64,000 bases of DNA, taken from the NCBI GenBank assembly GCA_046155535.1, contig JBJXFN010000155.1, forward strand, positions 635-64,634. The letters run 5' to 3'. The stretch comes from Burkholderiales bacterium (GTDB lineage: Bacteria > Pseudomonadota > Gammaproteobacteria > Burkholderiales > JACQAP01). The notes beneath the pieces are model-generated. The model saw only the letters and a list, made by a program, of their open reading frames with translations. It had not been told where the DNA came from and made no database searches. Made by a program: the position numbers and the translations under genes. Shown piece by piece: positions 25,363 through 34,785 of the stretch (position 1 is its first letter; the number at the start of each line of letters is the position of its first letter).

Positions 25363-26808
25363 CTAAGGGCGCGGCTTCCAGTTGCGAGCGACCTCCTGCG
25401 CCTTCGCCAGTTGCTCGGCAGACAGTTTAGAACCGATGAAATCGCGCACTTTGCCCACGCGGGCACCTTCGTCTCCGGACAGTTGTGACGCCGCAAGATT
25501 GCTCCAGACATGGGCCATGACCGCATCCTGTTGCACACCCCTGGCTTCCCAGAGCATCCAGCCCAGATGGCTTTGCGCGCGCGCCTCACCTTTTTCGGCG
25601 GCCAGCGAAAACCATTTGACGGCTTGGGCGGCATCCGCCGTCACGCCTTTGCCTTCCTCATACAAAAATCCGAGCAGGTACTGCGCATAGGTGCCGCCCT
25701 TTTCCGCCGGGACCCGATACCATTTGGCCGCCTCACCGTAATCCTGGGCGACACCCTTGCCGAAAAAGTACAAGGCGCCCAGGCTTTCCATGGCCTCTAT
25801 CACGCCCGCCTGTGCGGCCTGTTGGTACCACTTGACCGCCTCGCCGCCATCGGCCGGCACGCCTTTGCCGTCCTCGTAGAGAAAGCCCAGCATGTATTTC
25901 GACTGCGCGTCGCCGTCCTCCGCGGATTTGAGAAACCAGTTCGCGGCCTGCGCGTAGTCCTGCGCCACACCCTTGCCTTGGTAGTAGGCCCAACCAAGAC
26001 TGGCATAGGCCGAGGCCTCCTTCTGCGCAGCCGCCTTCTGAAACCATTTGACGGATTCCGCCGCATCGGCGGCCACACCTTTGCCGGCGGCATACAAGAA
26101 TCCCAGGCTTGCCTGCGCACGCGCGTCATTCTGTTCGGCAGCCATGTGATACCAGCGGGCGGCTTGCACGGGGTCCGGTGCCAGTCCCTGCCCGTGTTCA
26201 GACATCCAGCCCATCAGATACTGCGGATACGCACGCCCCTGCTCCGCGACTTTGGCATACCACTTGGCCGCTTCCGCGTAATCCTGTTTGACGCCGCGAC
26301 CAAAGAAAAGCAACGAAGCCAGGCTTTCCTGCGCGTCCAGATTTCCCTGCTCGGCGGATTTGCGATACCACTCGGCGGCGCGCGCCTGATCTTGCGCGAC
26401 GCCTTTGCCCTGATCATAGAGATACCCCAGCAGATACTGCGGATACGCCTTGCCCTGTTTGGCCGCCATCGTGTACCAGGTTGCCGCTTGCGCGAAATCC
26501 TGTTTCACACCTTTGCCGAAAAAATACATGCCGCCCAAGGTCTCCTGGGATTCCACCTGGCCCTTTTCCGCGGACAGTTTGTACCACTTCACACCTTCCG
26601 CGTAATCCTGCAGCGCGCCACGGCCATTGAAATAACATTCGCCGAGAAAATACATGGCCAGGCCGTCACCCTGCTGCGCAGAGGCGTGAAATTCCGCGAT
26701 CGCGGATTTGTAGTCCCCTTTTTCATAGGCTTCGAAACCTTTCCGCGTGTCGGCCCCCGCGCCAAAGCCAATCGCCCACAACACGACAAAAACCAGAATT
26801 CGAAACAT
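25363..26808 (-). CDS. Sel1-like repeat (SLR/TPR-family) secreted protein
   Basis: The ATG at 26808 is preceded by GGGGAGAG. A signal peptide (MFRILVFVVLWAIGFGAGA) is followed by about 12 tandem ~36-aa repeats of the form A..WY.KAAEQG...AQ..LG.LY..G.GV.QD...A. Confidence 0.85.
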   Translation of the reverse strand: MFRILVFVVLWAIGFGAGADTRKGFEAYEKGDYKSAIAEFHASAQQGDGLAMYFLGECYFNGRGALQDYAEGVKWYKLSAEKGQVESQETLGGMYFFGKGVKQDFAQAATWYTMAAKQGKAYPQYLLGYLYDQGKGVAQDQARAAEWYRKSAEQGNLDAQESLASLLFFGRGVKQDYAEAAKWYAKVAEQGRAYPQYLMGWMSEHGQGLAPDPVQAARWYHMAAEQNDARAQASLGFLYAAGKGVAADAAESVKWFQKAAAQKEASAYASLGWAYYQGKGVAQDYAQAANWFLKSAEDGDAQSKYMLGFLYEDGKGVPADGGEAVKWYQQAAQAGVIEAMESLGALYFFGKGVAQDYGEAAKWYRVPAEKGGTYAQYLLGFLYEEGKGVTADAAQAVKWFSLAAEKGEARAQSHLGWMLWEARGVQQDAVMAHVWSNLAASQLSGDEGARVGKVRDFIGSKLSAEQLAKAQEVARNWKPRP

Positions 26809-27009
26809 GCATCTCTCCCCGTTCATTGGTTCTTGTTGCCGTTCCGGCACCCAAAGCGCTCCCGCCGGTCAGGTCATCTCGGCGCGCAAAGAATTCTAAA
26901 CCGATTCACCGTCGGTGAAGCCAGCTTCACCTTGACACGCTGTCGGGCCGAATCCTATGCTCGGTCTGTCCACCCCTTGCCTCGTGCACGCGGCCTTGCG
27001 CGCCTCCCG

Positions 27010-27870
27010 ATGATCGATGCCCTGATTTATCTTGCGACCAGTTTCTGGATTGGCGCGGTCCACGCCGCCACGCCCGGCCATGGAAAGACTATCGCAGCCG
27101 CCTATATCGTCGGCGCGCGCGGCAAGCCGGTGGATGCATTGATTCTGGGCGTTTTCGTTACGCTTTCCCACACCAGTGGAATTGTACTGGTGGGCATTCT
27201 GGCTTCCATCGGACTACCAGGCATGGTGCCGCAACGCATAGAAGCCTGGATGGCATTGATTACCGGCGCGCTGGTAATCGTCATCGGGCTGTGGACCTTG
27301 TGGACACAGCGCGAGATGATCCTGGCATTGCAAGGCGTCCCTACTCGGAAAATCAAGCCGGCCGTTGAATATCGCCCGGTCGCGGCTATTACCAGTGAAA
27401 ATGCGGCGGTTCTGCATCGCCACATTCATGGCCACAATCATGTGCACGGTGACCAATATGACCACACCCACGATAGCGAGGACGCCGGATATCACAGCCA
27501 TGGCTGGGGAATGAAGCACACCCACGATCTGAAACTCGTCACCAACCAGCGCCCCGGACTTTGGGTGCTCGTCGGACTGGGAATTGCCGGCGGGTTGCTG
27601 CCCGATCCCGCAGCGCTGGCGATCCTGCTCAATGCGCTTGCGCAGGGCAAAGTGATGCTCGGACTTGCAACGGTGGTGGTGTTCAGCGTGGGTTTCGCTG
27701 CCACGCTGGTTGTTGTGGGAGTCGTCGCCGCAAAAGTCGGTCAGAGGATACTGGACTGGTTGGCTGGACCCTGGGCCATGCGCATGCAGGTGGCAACTTC
27801 TCTGCTGATCGTAATGGTCGGCTTGCTGCTCACAATCAAAGCATGGATTACGCTGCATTCCCTGGCCTGA
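27010..27870 (+). CDS. RcnA-type nickel/cobalt efflux-like membrane protein with His-rich loop
   Basis: ATG at 27010 (the last 287 codons of the 786-aa track ORF). It has the HAATPGHGKT motif, six hydrophobic segments and a central loop HRHIHGHNHVHGDQYDHTHDSEDAGYHSHGWGMKHTHD. Confidence 0.8.
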   Translation: MIDALIYLATSFWIGAVHAATPGHGKTIAAAYIVGARGKPVDALILGVFVTLSHTSGIVLVGILASIGLPGMVPQRIEAWMALITGALVIVIGLWTLWTQREMILALQGVPTRKIKPAVEYRPVAAITSENAAVLHRHIHGHNHVHGDQYDHTHDSEDAGYHSHGWGMKHTHDLKLVTNQRPGLWVLVGLGIAGGLLPDPAALAILLNALAQGKVMLGLATVVVFSVGFAATLVVVGVVAAKVGQRILDWLAGPWAMRMQVATSLLIVMVGLLLTIKAWITLHSLA

Positions 27871-27879
27871 AAGTCCGTC

Positions 27880-28881
27880 TTATTGCGCGGCGGCGGCGGC
27901 CTTTAGCATGCCGACATATCCACTGATGTCTGCATACCAGATATTGCCCGCCTGGTCAGCCGCAACGGAATAGGGCCTGGCCTGCGCGCGCGGCAATCTG
28001 AAAATACTGATCTGCTGGTTGCGCAATCGCCCGATCGCATTGTGTCGGAGCAAGCCGAACCAGACAGCTCCATTCGGCGCCACGGTAATGCCCGACAGCC
28101 CCGCCCAGTCTTTTCCCGGCACCGGATACTCTGAGAACTTTCCCTCGGAGAACGCGCCGATCTTGTTGCCTTTGAATTCGGTGAACCAGACTCTGCCGTT
28201 TTCATCGACGATCAAATCGGTGGGCGAACTGGCCCGAGTGGGCACTTCGTGCAGCGTAATCACACCGCCGGGCGCGATGCGCATTAGCTGATTGCCGCTC
28301 TGGAGCGTCGCCCAGGCGTTGCCTTGCGCGTCGGTGGCCACACCATACGGCCCGCCCCGTACGTCCTGAATTTCGTGCCGGGTCAGTTTGCCGTCTTTGA
28401 GGCGGGTGATGCTGTAGGCCGTGCTCTCGGCAAACCAGACCGATGCGTCGCGCGACACGGTCAGCCGCCCGAGACGCGCAATGGGGGTGTCCAATGGGTA
28501 CGCCATTTGTTTTCCATCCGGCGCAAGACTGACAATGGACTGCCCAAGCGGGTCGGTGAACCACACTGTGCCGTTCGCTTCCACCCCGAGCCCTATGGGC
28601 TCCACATAGTTGCGTTTGCTGGTGACAATGCGTTCGAGTTTCCCTTTGCGTATCCGGCCCAGTGCATTGGCGGAATCCATTGTGAACCAGACCGTACCGT
28701 CCGCGGCGATGGCCAGCGCGGTCGGCATGTCGTTTTTCTCCAGCATCACGTACTCGACGAAATCGCCGCCGGGCCGGCCTGTATAGCGCATGCCGGCGTA
28801 TATCCCCGTTAATGCAACAACAACTACAGCCACCAGGATCGTGCGTTTTCGTGTGAGCAATTTCCCCTCTTTTCTGAACAT
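27880..28881 (-). CDS. Vgb-like (virginiamycin B lyase family) beta-propeller protein, membrane-anchored
   Basis: ATG at 28881, then an N-terminal TM segment (ILVAVVVVALTGIYAG) and repeated blades of the type DGTVWFT / NGTVWFTD / ASVWFAE / GNAWAT / GRVWFTE / GAVWFG / GNIWYAD. Confidence 0.75.
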   Translation of the reverse strand: MFRKEGKLLTRKRTILVAVVVVALTGIYAGMRYTGRPGGDFVEYVMLEKNDMPTALAIAADGTVWFTMDSANALGRIRKGKLERIVTSKRNYVEPIGLGVEANGTVWFTDPLGQSIVSLAPDGKQMAYPLDTPIARLGRLTVSRDASVWFAESTAYSITRLKDGKLTRHEIQDVRGGPYGVATDAQGNAWATLQSGNQLMRIAPGGVITLHEVPTRASSPTDLIVDENGRVWFTEFKGNKIGAFSEGKFSEYPVPGKDWAGLSGITVAPNGAVWFGLLRHNAIGRLRNQQISIFRLPRAQARPYSVAADQAGNIWYADISGYVGMLKAAAAAQ

Positions 28882-28894
28882 GTTTCGTTCCGAC

Positions 28895-30031
28895 TCACCG
28901 TCTTGCGCGAAGGTGTGTGAGCCAGCGCACACCGAGCCCGCCGAGCGCGACCACCAGCGCAAGAAAGGCCACACCGCCGGCAAGACTGAGACCGTCGAGG
29001 CTCGCCAGCAAATTCGCGCCACCGCTGACACGCCGGCGCAATTCCGAGTACGGTGTCAGCGAGAACCCCACATACAAAGTGGAAGGATCGGGAGGATCGC
29101 GCAGCAATGGGCCAGATTCCAGATGCACCGGAAGATTGCCCTCCACCTGTGTCCAGTTTTTCCCGGCATCGGCGCTGCGCAACACCCCGCGATGGGTGGA
29201 CAGCACGATGATCCTGCCGTCTTCGCTGACCGCGATCCCGCGTACGGAAGTATCTCGTTGCGGGAGCGGTTCGCCGACCGGTTCCCATTGCGCGCCTTGG
29301 GTGCCGCTCACATACACCTGCCCATCCGCCACCGTCCAGAGCCGGCCGTTTTCGCCCAATGATTCGATACGTGCCGATGGCAATCCAGTACTGCGCAGTT
29401 GCCAGCTTCGTGCGCCGTCATCGCTTGCCCAGACGCGGTCTTGCGCCACCACAAACACGGTCTCGACATCCCGCATTGCCTGCACGGCAATCGCGACCAC
29501 CGGCCCTTCGGGTAATTCCCGGATCGGTGAGCCCCAGGTGCGTCCGCCATCGTCACTGGCAAAAAGGCCGCCCTCAGCTGCCAGGTACAGCCTGGACTTC
29601 GCGTGCGCGATGGCATGGGCCGGCACTGCGCCAGCCGGCGCCAATGCGTTGACCCACTCACTGCCCGCCGCCGAATGAAAAACTCCTCTGGCCGCCGCGG
29701 CCACCGCATTGCTGCCGCCCTTTTGCATGGCAAGCACAAACACCGAGCTGCCGAAGCCTGCCCCGGGTTCCTGCACCCAGTCCCGGCCGCCGTTTCTGGA
29801 ACGCAGCAGCCGGGTGTCCGTCCCGTAGAGAATATGGTTCGAATTCCCTGGATCCACGGCAATCGCCAGCGCGCCGCCCACAAACAATCCGGCGTCCATG
29901 GGAAACCAGGTGGCGCCGTGATCGCGAGAGCGAAAAAGCCCTCCCCATGCGCTGGGGTCGTGGGCGAATGTGGCCGGCGGAATGCCTGCCGCCAGCAAAA
30001 AAACGCAAATGTCTGGAATCAGGTTCCGCAC
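28895..30031 (-). CDS. BNR/Asp-box repeat beta-propeller protein (Ycf48/sialidase-like fold) with C-terminal TM anchor
   Basis: Five Asp-box motifs are present (SRDHGATW, SRNGGRDW, SDDGGRTW, SDDGARSW, SADAGKNW). The start is moved to GTG 30031 (in frame) because an intrinsic terminator lies inside the 5' extension of the track ORF (TTG 30112). Confidence 0.7.
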   Translation of the reverse strand: MRNLIPDICVFLLAAGIPPATFAHDPSAWGGLFRSRDHGATWFPMDAGLFVGGALAIAVDPGNSNHILYGTDTRLLRSRNGGRDWVQEPGAGFGSSVFVLAMQKGGSNAVAAAARGVFHSAAGSEWVNALAPAGAVPAHAIAHAKSRLYLAAEGGLFASDDGGRTWGSPIRELPEGPVVAIAVQAMRDVETVFVVAQDRVWASDDGARSWQLRSTGLPSARIESLGENGRLWTVADGQVYVSGTQGAQWEPVGEPLPQRDTSVRGIAVSEDGRIIVLSTHRGVLRSADAGKNWTQVEGNLPVHLESGPLLRDPPDPSTLYVGFSLTPYSELRRRVSGGANLLASLDGLSLAGGVAFLALVVALGGLGVRWLTHLRARR

Positions 30032-30052
30032 GAATCGGCAAACACTGCGCGC

Positions 30053-30083
30053 AAAAAAAACGAGGAGCCGGATTTCCGGCTCC
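30053..30083 (-). terminator. intrinsic terminator after the lactonase-like gene
   Basis: The minus strand reads GGAGCCGGAAATCCGGCTCC (arms 30064-30072 and 30075-30083) followed by TCGTTTTTTTTGCGC (A8 on the plus strand at 30053-30060). It lies 30 nt downstream of the 30113 stop. Confidence 0.7.
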
Positions 30084-30112
30084 CCGCATCGAAGTAACGT
30101 GCCCGTTGCCAA

Positions 30113-31102
30113 TTATTTCTTGCGCGACTTTTCTCCGGGTGCCAGGGCAATTTCCGCCAGGCGCCCGCCATTCATGCCCACCCAGGCGTTTTTGGTCAGT
30201 GGGTAGCCGTCGGAATAAGACTTTGGCTCATGCGCCGCGACGCAGTTTTGGTATCCGCCGGTGACTTTGTAGCACTTTTCATAGGCGAGAAACTGCTGGA
30301 CCGAGTCGGTCTGCTGGATATTCGCTACTTCCCAATCGCGAATCGCTTCCCATGAGGAGTAGGCATCCGAGCCAAACATCAACTTTCCAACGGAAGTTGG
30401 CACTTCCAGCAACTGCGATCCGGCAGTGTGGGCGCGATGTGCGGCATGGATTTTCACTCCGGGGGCAATTTCCATGTCGCCATCGACAATCACGGCTTTG
30501 CCGCGCAGCACCTTGCCATAGATGGAATCCATGGTTTTCGGCGGATAGCCGCAAGCCGGTGTGCGATTGCACCCGCCCTTGTCCACGTTGGTGGCACGAA
30601 TGCGTTCGTGCCCTGGATAATTCAGGGCCCATTCGATGCCCCGCAATTCTTCCTTCTGCACATACAGCATGGCATTGGGAAACTCGTCCAGCGATCCCGC
30701 ATGATCCCAATGACCGTGGCCGATCACGATTTTTGCCACATCCTTCGCGTCGAAGCCAAGCTGCGCAATCTGCTGCGACAAGGGAGACCAGTGCGCTGTA
30801 CCCGTCATCTTGTGGTAGTCAGTAGCGTTCCAGCCGTTGTCATAGAGAATCAGTTCGTTGCCGCATTTGATAACCCCGACATTGACCGGCAAATCCACCG
30901 TATTCACGTTATTGCGCGAATTGGTGCTGCCCTGCACGAACGAGCGATCCGGATGGAACATGCCGAACGGAACGTTCATGAAACGACTGTTTTCCACCAG
31001 CCAAACCGAACACACGTCGGCTGCCCGCGATACCGGCGCCGCCAGCGACGCCGCGACGGCGATGCCAACTGCGACTATTGCCCGTCCAAGTTTCTTGTTC
31101 AT
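30113..31102 (-). CDS. secreted MBL-fold hydrolase (N-acyl-homoserine-lactonase-like)
   Basis: Signal peptide MNKKLGRAIVAVGIAVAASLAAPVSRA and metallo-beta-lactamase motif VIGHGHWDHAGS (HxHxDH). Confidence 0.8.
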   Translation of the reverse strand: MNKKLGRAIVAVGIAVAASLAAPVSRAADVCSVWLVENSRFMNVPFGMFHPDRSFVQGSTNSRNNVNTVDLPVNVGVIKCGNELILYDNGWNATDYHKMTGTAHWSPLSQQIAQLGFDAKDVAKIVIGHGHWDHAGSLDEFPNAMLYVQKEELRGIEWALNYPGHERIRATNVDKGGCNRTPACGYPPKTMDSIYGKVLRGKAVIVDGDMEIAPGVKIHAAHRAHTAGSQLLEVPTSVGKLMFGSDAYSSWEAIRDWEVANIQQTDSVQQFLAYEKCYKVTGGYQNCVAAHEPKSYSDGYPLTKNAWVGMNGGRLAEIALAPGEKSRKK

Positions 31103-31242
31103 TTCTCGACCCCTCCTCTAGTGGTGTGATGCTGCTCTGCCCGCCTGGACCGAAGCCGTACTGCGCCAGTCCATTCCCCCTTGATTTTCCATTTCGCACT
31201 CTACTCCTTTCGTCGGTCCCGCCGGTACACCGACGCGTTCTT

Positions 31243-31827
31243 TTAATTCGGCTTGTATTCCCCGGGCCACAAGGCCTCGCCGACTTTCAGCATCAGCGAG
31301 GCTGCGGTTGTCGACAATTCGTGCGCCCCGATCATTTCCGACTCCCTGTTCTCCTCGCCGGCATCGAGCATTTTCCGGGCGGCATCCCGATACAGACCCA
31401 CCGCCTGAAGGTATTCGCCGTGCGTCCGCCGCATGCCGGCCGGCACCGGCAGCTTCTCGGCTCGCGCCAGCGAGGTTGCAAACAAGTGTGGCAGGGGACG
31501 GATTCTCTCCCGGAATGCCGCCTGCCGGATGTCGCCCAGTTTGTATGCCATGCCAGCGAAGGTCATTTTGACTGCGTTCTGCTTCACTTCGAGGTGAATC
31601 GGCCAGAGCGATGCCGCATAAGTCTCTTCTGCTGCGGTGAGCGCCGGGCGTTGCAGCCCGTCAGGCCCCGACTTCTGCAGCGAGGCGCCGGATTTCCCCG
31701 GGTGCGTTTCGCGCCAGGCTGCCGCGCCAATCAATCCGATCATCCCCGTCACCAGCAAGCCCGCCGCCGCAACCTTGTACATCGGCCAGCGCTTCGGTTC
31801 CAAAACCTTGCCGGCGTGAGCATTCAT
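31243..31827 (-). CDS. membrane-anchored hypothetical protein
   Basis: 194 aa with a single N-terminal TM segment (MYKVAAAGLLVTGMIGLIGAAAW) and a helical soluble domain. I recognise no family. Confidence 0.55.
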   Translation of the reverse strand: MNAHAGKVLEPKRWPMYKVAAAGLLVTGMIGLIGAAAWRETHPGKSGASLQKSGPDGLQRPALTAAEETYAASLWPIHLEVKQNAVKMTFAGMAYKLGDIRQAAFRERIRPLPHLFATSLARAEKLPVPAGMRRTHGEYLQAVGLYRDAARKMLDAGEENRESEMIGAHELSTTAASLMLKVGEALWPGEYKPN

Positions 31828-31923
31828 GTAAAAAGTCTAGGGTTCGGCATCCCTTTGGTCAATGCTGCGCCGCGACAGAATTAATCTGGAGGAAGGCAGT
31901 GCCTTGGCGGCTTCTGGTGGCGA

Positions 31924-32733
31924 CTACCTGGCATCCTGCAGGAACAGACCATCGACATAACCGACGTAATACATCAAGAAAAGACCGAACCCGAGGGACA
32001 ACAATCCGGAAGCAACTCGCAGATAGGCATTGAAATACGGAAAACGCTGCGCCGAATAGGCAAAAGGCGCGGCAATTGCGACCGTTATCAACATCATACC
32101 CGCAATGGTGCCCAGGCCGAACAAGCCCAGATAGACCATTCCCCACCAGGGATTGTCGATTGCGGTGAGCACCAGCAGCGCCACCGCCGCCGACCCGGCC
32201 AACCCATGCACCACACCCACTATCAGCGGACGCAGCATCTGGTAGAACCCGATGCCGGCAAGCCGGCTGTCCAGCCACGCCTGGGGCGTCGCCTCCTCGG
32301 GGTGACCATGGTCCGCCAAGCCGTGTCCATGGGCATGGCTGTGGGCGAAGTCGCCATGTGCGTGAGTATGCAGATGTCCGTGGGGCAAGACCCCCGGCCG
32401 GATACTGTCGCGAATCCATAGGTTGAGTCCGGTCAAACTGAAAAATCCCAGCAAAACCAGCATCACGCCTACCCCGAACTCCATGGCAAGACCGAGTTTG
32501 GGCGGAATCACCACGGTAAAAACCAGAATCGCTCCGCCGACAACTGCAACGGTCAAGGAATGGCCGAGCCCCCACAATGCCCCGATCACCGCGGCCCCGC
32601 GCATGGACCGTTCCCGGCTGACGATCGTCGAGACGGCAATCACGTGGTCCGCGTCTGTCGCGTGCCGCATGCCAAGGAAAAAACCAACCATCAGAAGAGA
32701 AACAAGCGTGGCCAAGTCCGCAATACCGGTCAT
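31924..32733 (-). CDS. NiCoT/NicO-family nickel/cobalt transporter-like protein with His-rich loop
   Basis: It has the NiCoT-type signature GMRHATDADH, multiple TM segments and a central loop HGHLHTHAHGDFAHSHAHGHGLADHGH. Confidence 0.8.
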   Translation of the reverse strand: MTGIADLATLVSLLMVGFFLGMRHATDADHVIAVSTIVSRERSMRGAAVIGALWGLGHSLTVAVVGGAILVFTVVIPPKLGLAMEFGVGVMLVLLGFFSLTGLNLWIRDSIRPGVLPHGHLHTHAHGDFAHSHAHGHGLADHGHPEEATPQAWLDSRLAGIGFYQMLRPLIVGVVHGLAGSAAVALLVLTAIDNPWWGMVYLGLFGLGTIAGMMLITVAIAAPFAYSAQRFPYFNAYLRVASGLLSLGFGLFLMYYVGYVDGLFLQDAR

Positions 32734-32822
32734 GTCCGGAAAAGCGGGGCGTCCGCCTCCCGCGACGCCACGAACCTACGCTGGGCCCGGGCGCGGCGTC
32801 AAGGCACTTCATTAAAATCATG

Positions 32823-32838
32823 AGTCACAATTGCGACT
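32823..32838. promoter_or_regulatory. near-palindromic candidate operator in a divergent promoter region
   Basis: AGTCACAATTGCGACT is 14/16 self-complementary. It lies between the NiCoT-like gene (start 32733, minus) and the DUF1800 gene (start 32940, plus). Confidence 0.3.
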
Positions 32839-32939
32839 AACTGGCCTTGCCAAATTAGTAAAATACTCGGATGGCCTCGCAATCGGCGGGCTCGTGCCAA
32901 CCTCGCACGCGAGAAGTTCAATTGAAATGGAAAATCACC

Positions 32940-34748
32940 ATGACCAGACCATCCTTGTTTAGTCTCCCCCGATTTCTCGTCCTTCTGTCTCTTTTTGTCG
33001 CCACGCCTGTATTGGCAGCCTCCTGGGAAGGTGATCTCGCCCCCATTTCCGCCAGCGACTGGGATGCCGGGCGGGCGGCGCATCTTCTTGAGCGCGCCGG
33101 CTTCGGCGGTACTCCGGAAGAAATTGCGTTCCTGGCCGGCATGACGCCGCAAAATGCGGTGCGTTATCTGGTCCGTTATCAAAGCATCCCGGACACCTTG
33201 GCACCATTCGACGAATCCGGCGCCCACGATCCCGGCCTCGAGCCTTTCCCCCCGTCCCGGCCGGCCGCCACGGACTTGGCAAAAAAAACTGGTGAAGCGC
33301 TGGGGGTCAAGGTCAAGCCCTCGGGCAACCGGCGACTGCAACCGGTCGCGGATCGATTTTTCTACTGGTTGCGGGCCAGTCGGCTCGAGACCCATCGTCT
33401 GGGATATTGGTGGGCCAACCGCATGCTTGCCACCCGTCGGCCACTGGAAGAAAAAATGGCATTGTTCTGGCACGGCCACTTCGCCACCAGCGAAGAAAAG
33501 GTCCGCGACTACCGCAAGATGTATTTGCAGAATCAGTTGTTCCGGCGTGCCGGGACCGGGAATTTCCGCGATCTGATCATTGCCGTGAGCCAGGATCCGG
33601 CCATGCTGGCCTTTCTGGATGCGGCGGTGAATGTCAAAGGCGCCCCGAACGAAAACTTCGCCCGCGAGATCATGGAGCTGTTCACCATGGGGGTGGGCAA
33701 TTACAGCGAAACTGACATCCGCGAGGCGGCGCGCGCCTTTACCGGGTGGAACTTCGTTGACTTGAAGTTTGTAATCTCTCCTGAAAAGCACGACGCGTCC
33801 ATGAAGACGGTGCTGGGCAGACAAGGCAATTTTGACGGCATCGAGGTCATTGACACCATCCTTGCGCAGCCAGTCACCGCCGACTATGTGGCAGGTAAAA
33901 TTTATCGCTACCTGGTACGCCAGGAATTGTCGGTGGCACTGCGGGCGCAACTGGGTCAACGGCTGCGCGATGGGCGTTACGAAATCGCGCCGTTTCTGGA
34001 AACCGTTTTCCTTTCGCGGGATTTCTACAGCGCCGCGTCGACGGGAACCCGCATCAAACCCCCGGTCGAGCTGGTGGTATCGACTTATCGGAAAATGGGA
34101 TTGAAGGCGATTCCCGGCGTGCCCGATTTCAATGATGTCACGGATTCACTCGGTCAGAAGCTGTTTTATCCCCCCACGGTGGCCGGCTGGGCAAACGGCA
34201 GAAGCTGGATCACTCCCGGCCTGTTACTGGCACGCGGGAATTTCGTTTATGACGCCGTATTTCCAGATATCAATTTCCTTCCTTTGGATCGCTACCCGGG
34301 GACCGATTACCAGATTGCCACGGTCAGCGAAAAGCTGGCCCTGGGCTTCGACGTGACGTCGGCAACCAAGCCGGACGCCAAGGAAATGACCTCCATGTCC
34401 ATGCAAATGGCAGATCGCGACGAGGATTTCAACACCCGCCTGGCAAGTTTCCGCGGCTGGCGACTCGCCCTTCAGAAAGTCAAGCCCATCGACCGCAGCA
34501 CGCCACAGTTGAATCTGACGGCCATTGTTCTGCAAGCCGGCTGCAAGACCACCGGCGACGCGGCAGATCACCTGATTGGCCGTTTCATCTCGGTGCCCGT
34601 GGATGCCGTCACACGCCAGAGGGTCGCCAAATTTCTGGAAGGTGAACTCGGCACGGCGGACATCCAGCAGGCGGCAAGTTTTCTCGAAGAGCCGTTGCGT
34701 AATACGCTGCACCTCATCCTTTCCATGTCCGACTATCAACTGGGCTGA
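32940..34748 (+). CDS. DUF1800 domain protein
   Basis: ATG at 32940 gives a signal peptide (MTRPSLFSLPRFLVLLSLFVATPVLAA). The body (FWHGHFATS...NQLFRR...FRDLI.AVS.DPAML.FLD...N....PNENFAREIMELFTMG) is typical of DUF1800, and it is paired with a DUF1501 gene. Confidence 0.85.
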   Translation: MTRPSLFSLPRFLVLLSLFVATPVLAASWEGDLAPISASDWDAGRAAHLLERAGFGGTPEEIAFLAGMTPQNAVRYLVRYQSIPDTLAPFDESGAHDPGLEPFPPSRPAATDLAKKTGEALGVKVKPSGNRRLQPVADRFFYWLRASRLETHRLGYWWANRMLATRRPLEEKMALFWHGHFATSEEKVRDYRKMYLQNQLFRRAGTGNFRDLIIAVSQDPAMLAFLDAAVNVKGAPNENFAREIMELFTMGVGNYSETDIREAARAFTGWNFVDLKFVISPEKHDASMKTVLGRQGNFDGIEVIDTILAQPVTADYVAGKIYRYLVRQELSVALRAQLGQRLRDGRYEIAPFLETVFLSRDFYSAASTGTRIKPPVELVVSTYRKMGLKAIPGVPDFNDVTDSLGQKLFYPPTVAGWANGRSWITPGLLLARGNFVYDAVFPDINFLPLDRYPGTDYQIATVSEKLALGFDVTSATKPDAKEMTSMSMQMADRDEDFNTRLASFRGWRLALQKVKPIDRSTPQLNLTAIVLQAGCKTTGDAADHLIGRFISVPVDAVTRQRVAKFLEGELGTADIQQAASFLEEPLRNTLHLILSMSDYQLG

Positions 34749-34785
34749 CCACTCGCCAACGAGAAACAACCACGCGGAAAAACAA

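Noticed and set aside
25510-27009. N-terminal 500 codons of the 786-aa track ORF 25510..27870
   Set aside because: This part is antisense to the Sel1-repeat gene and reads as R/L/F-rich nonsense. Only the portion from ATG 27010 shows membrane-transporter features.
26851-27009. Possible NiCo or cobalamin riboswitch in the leader of the RcnA-like gene
   Set aside because: I read the 160-nt leader for the conserved cores I remember (the B12 box GCCACTG and the NiCo four-way-junction consensus) and found nothing convincing. This would need cmscan to settle.
32799-33959. 386-aa minus-strand ORF
   Set aside because: It is antisense to the DUF1800 gene and overlaps the divergent promoter region. 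It has no motif.
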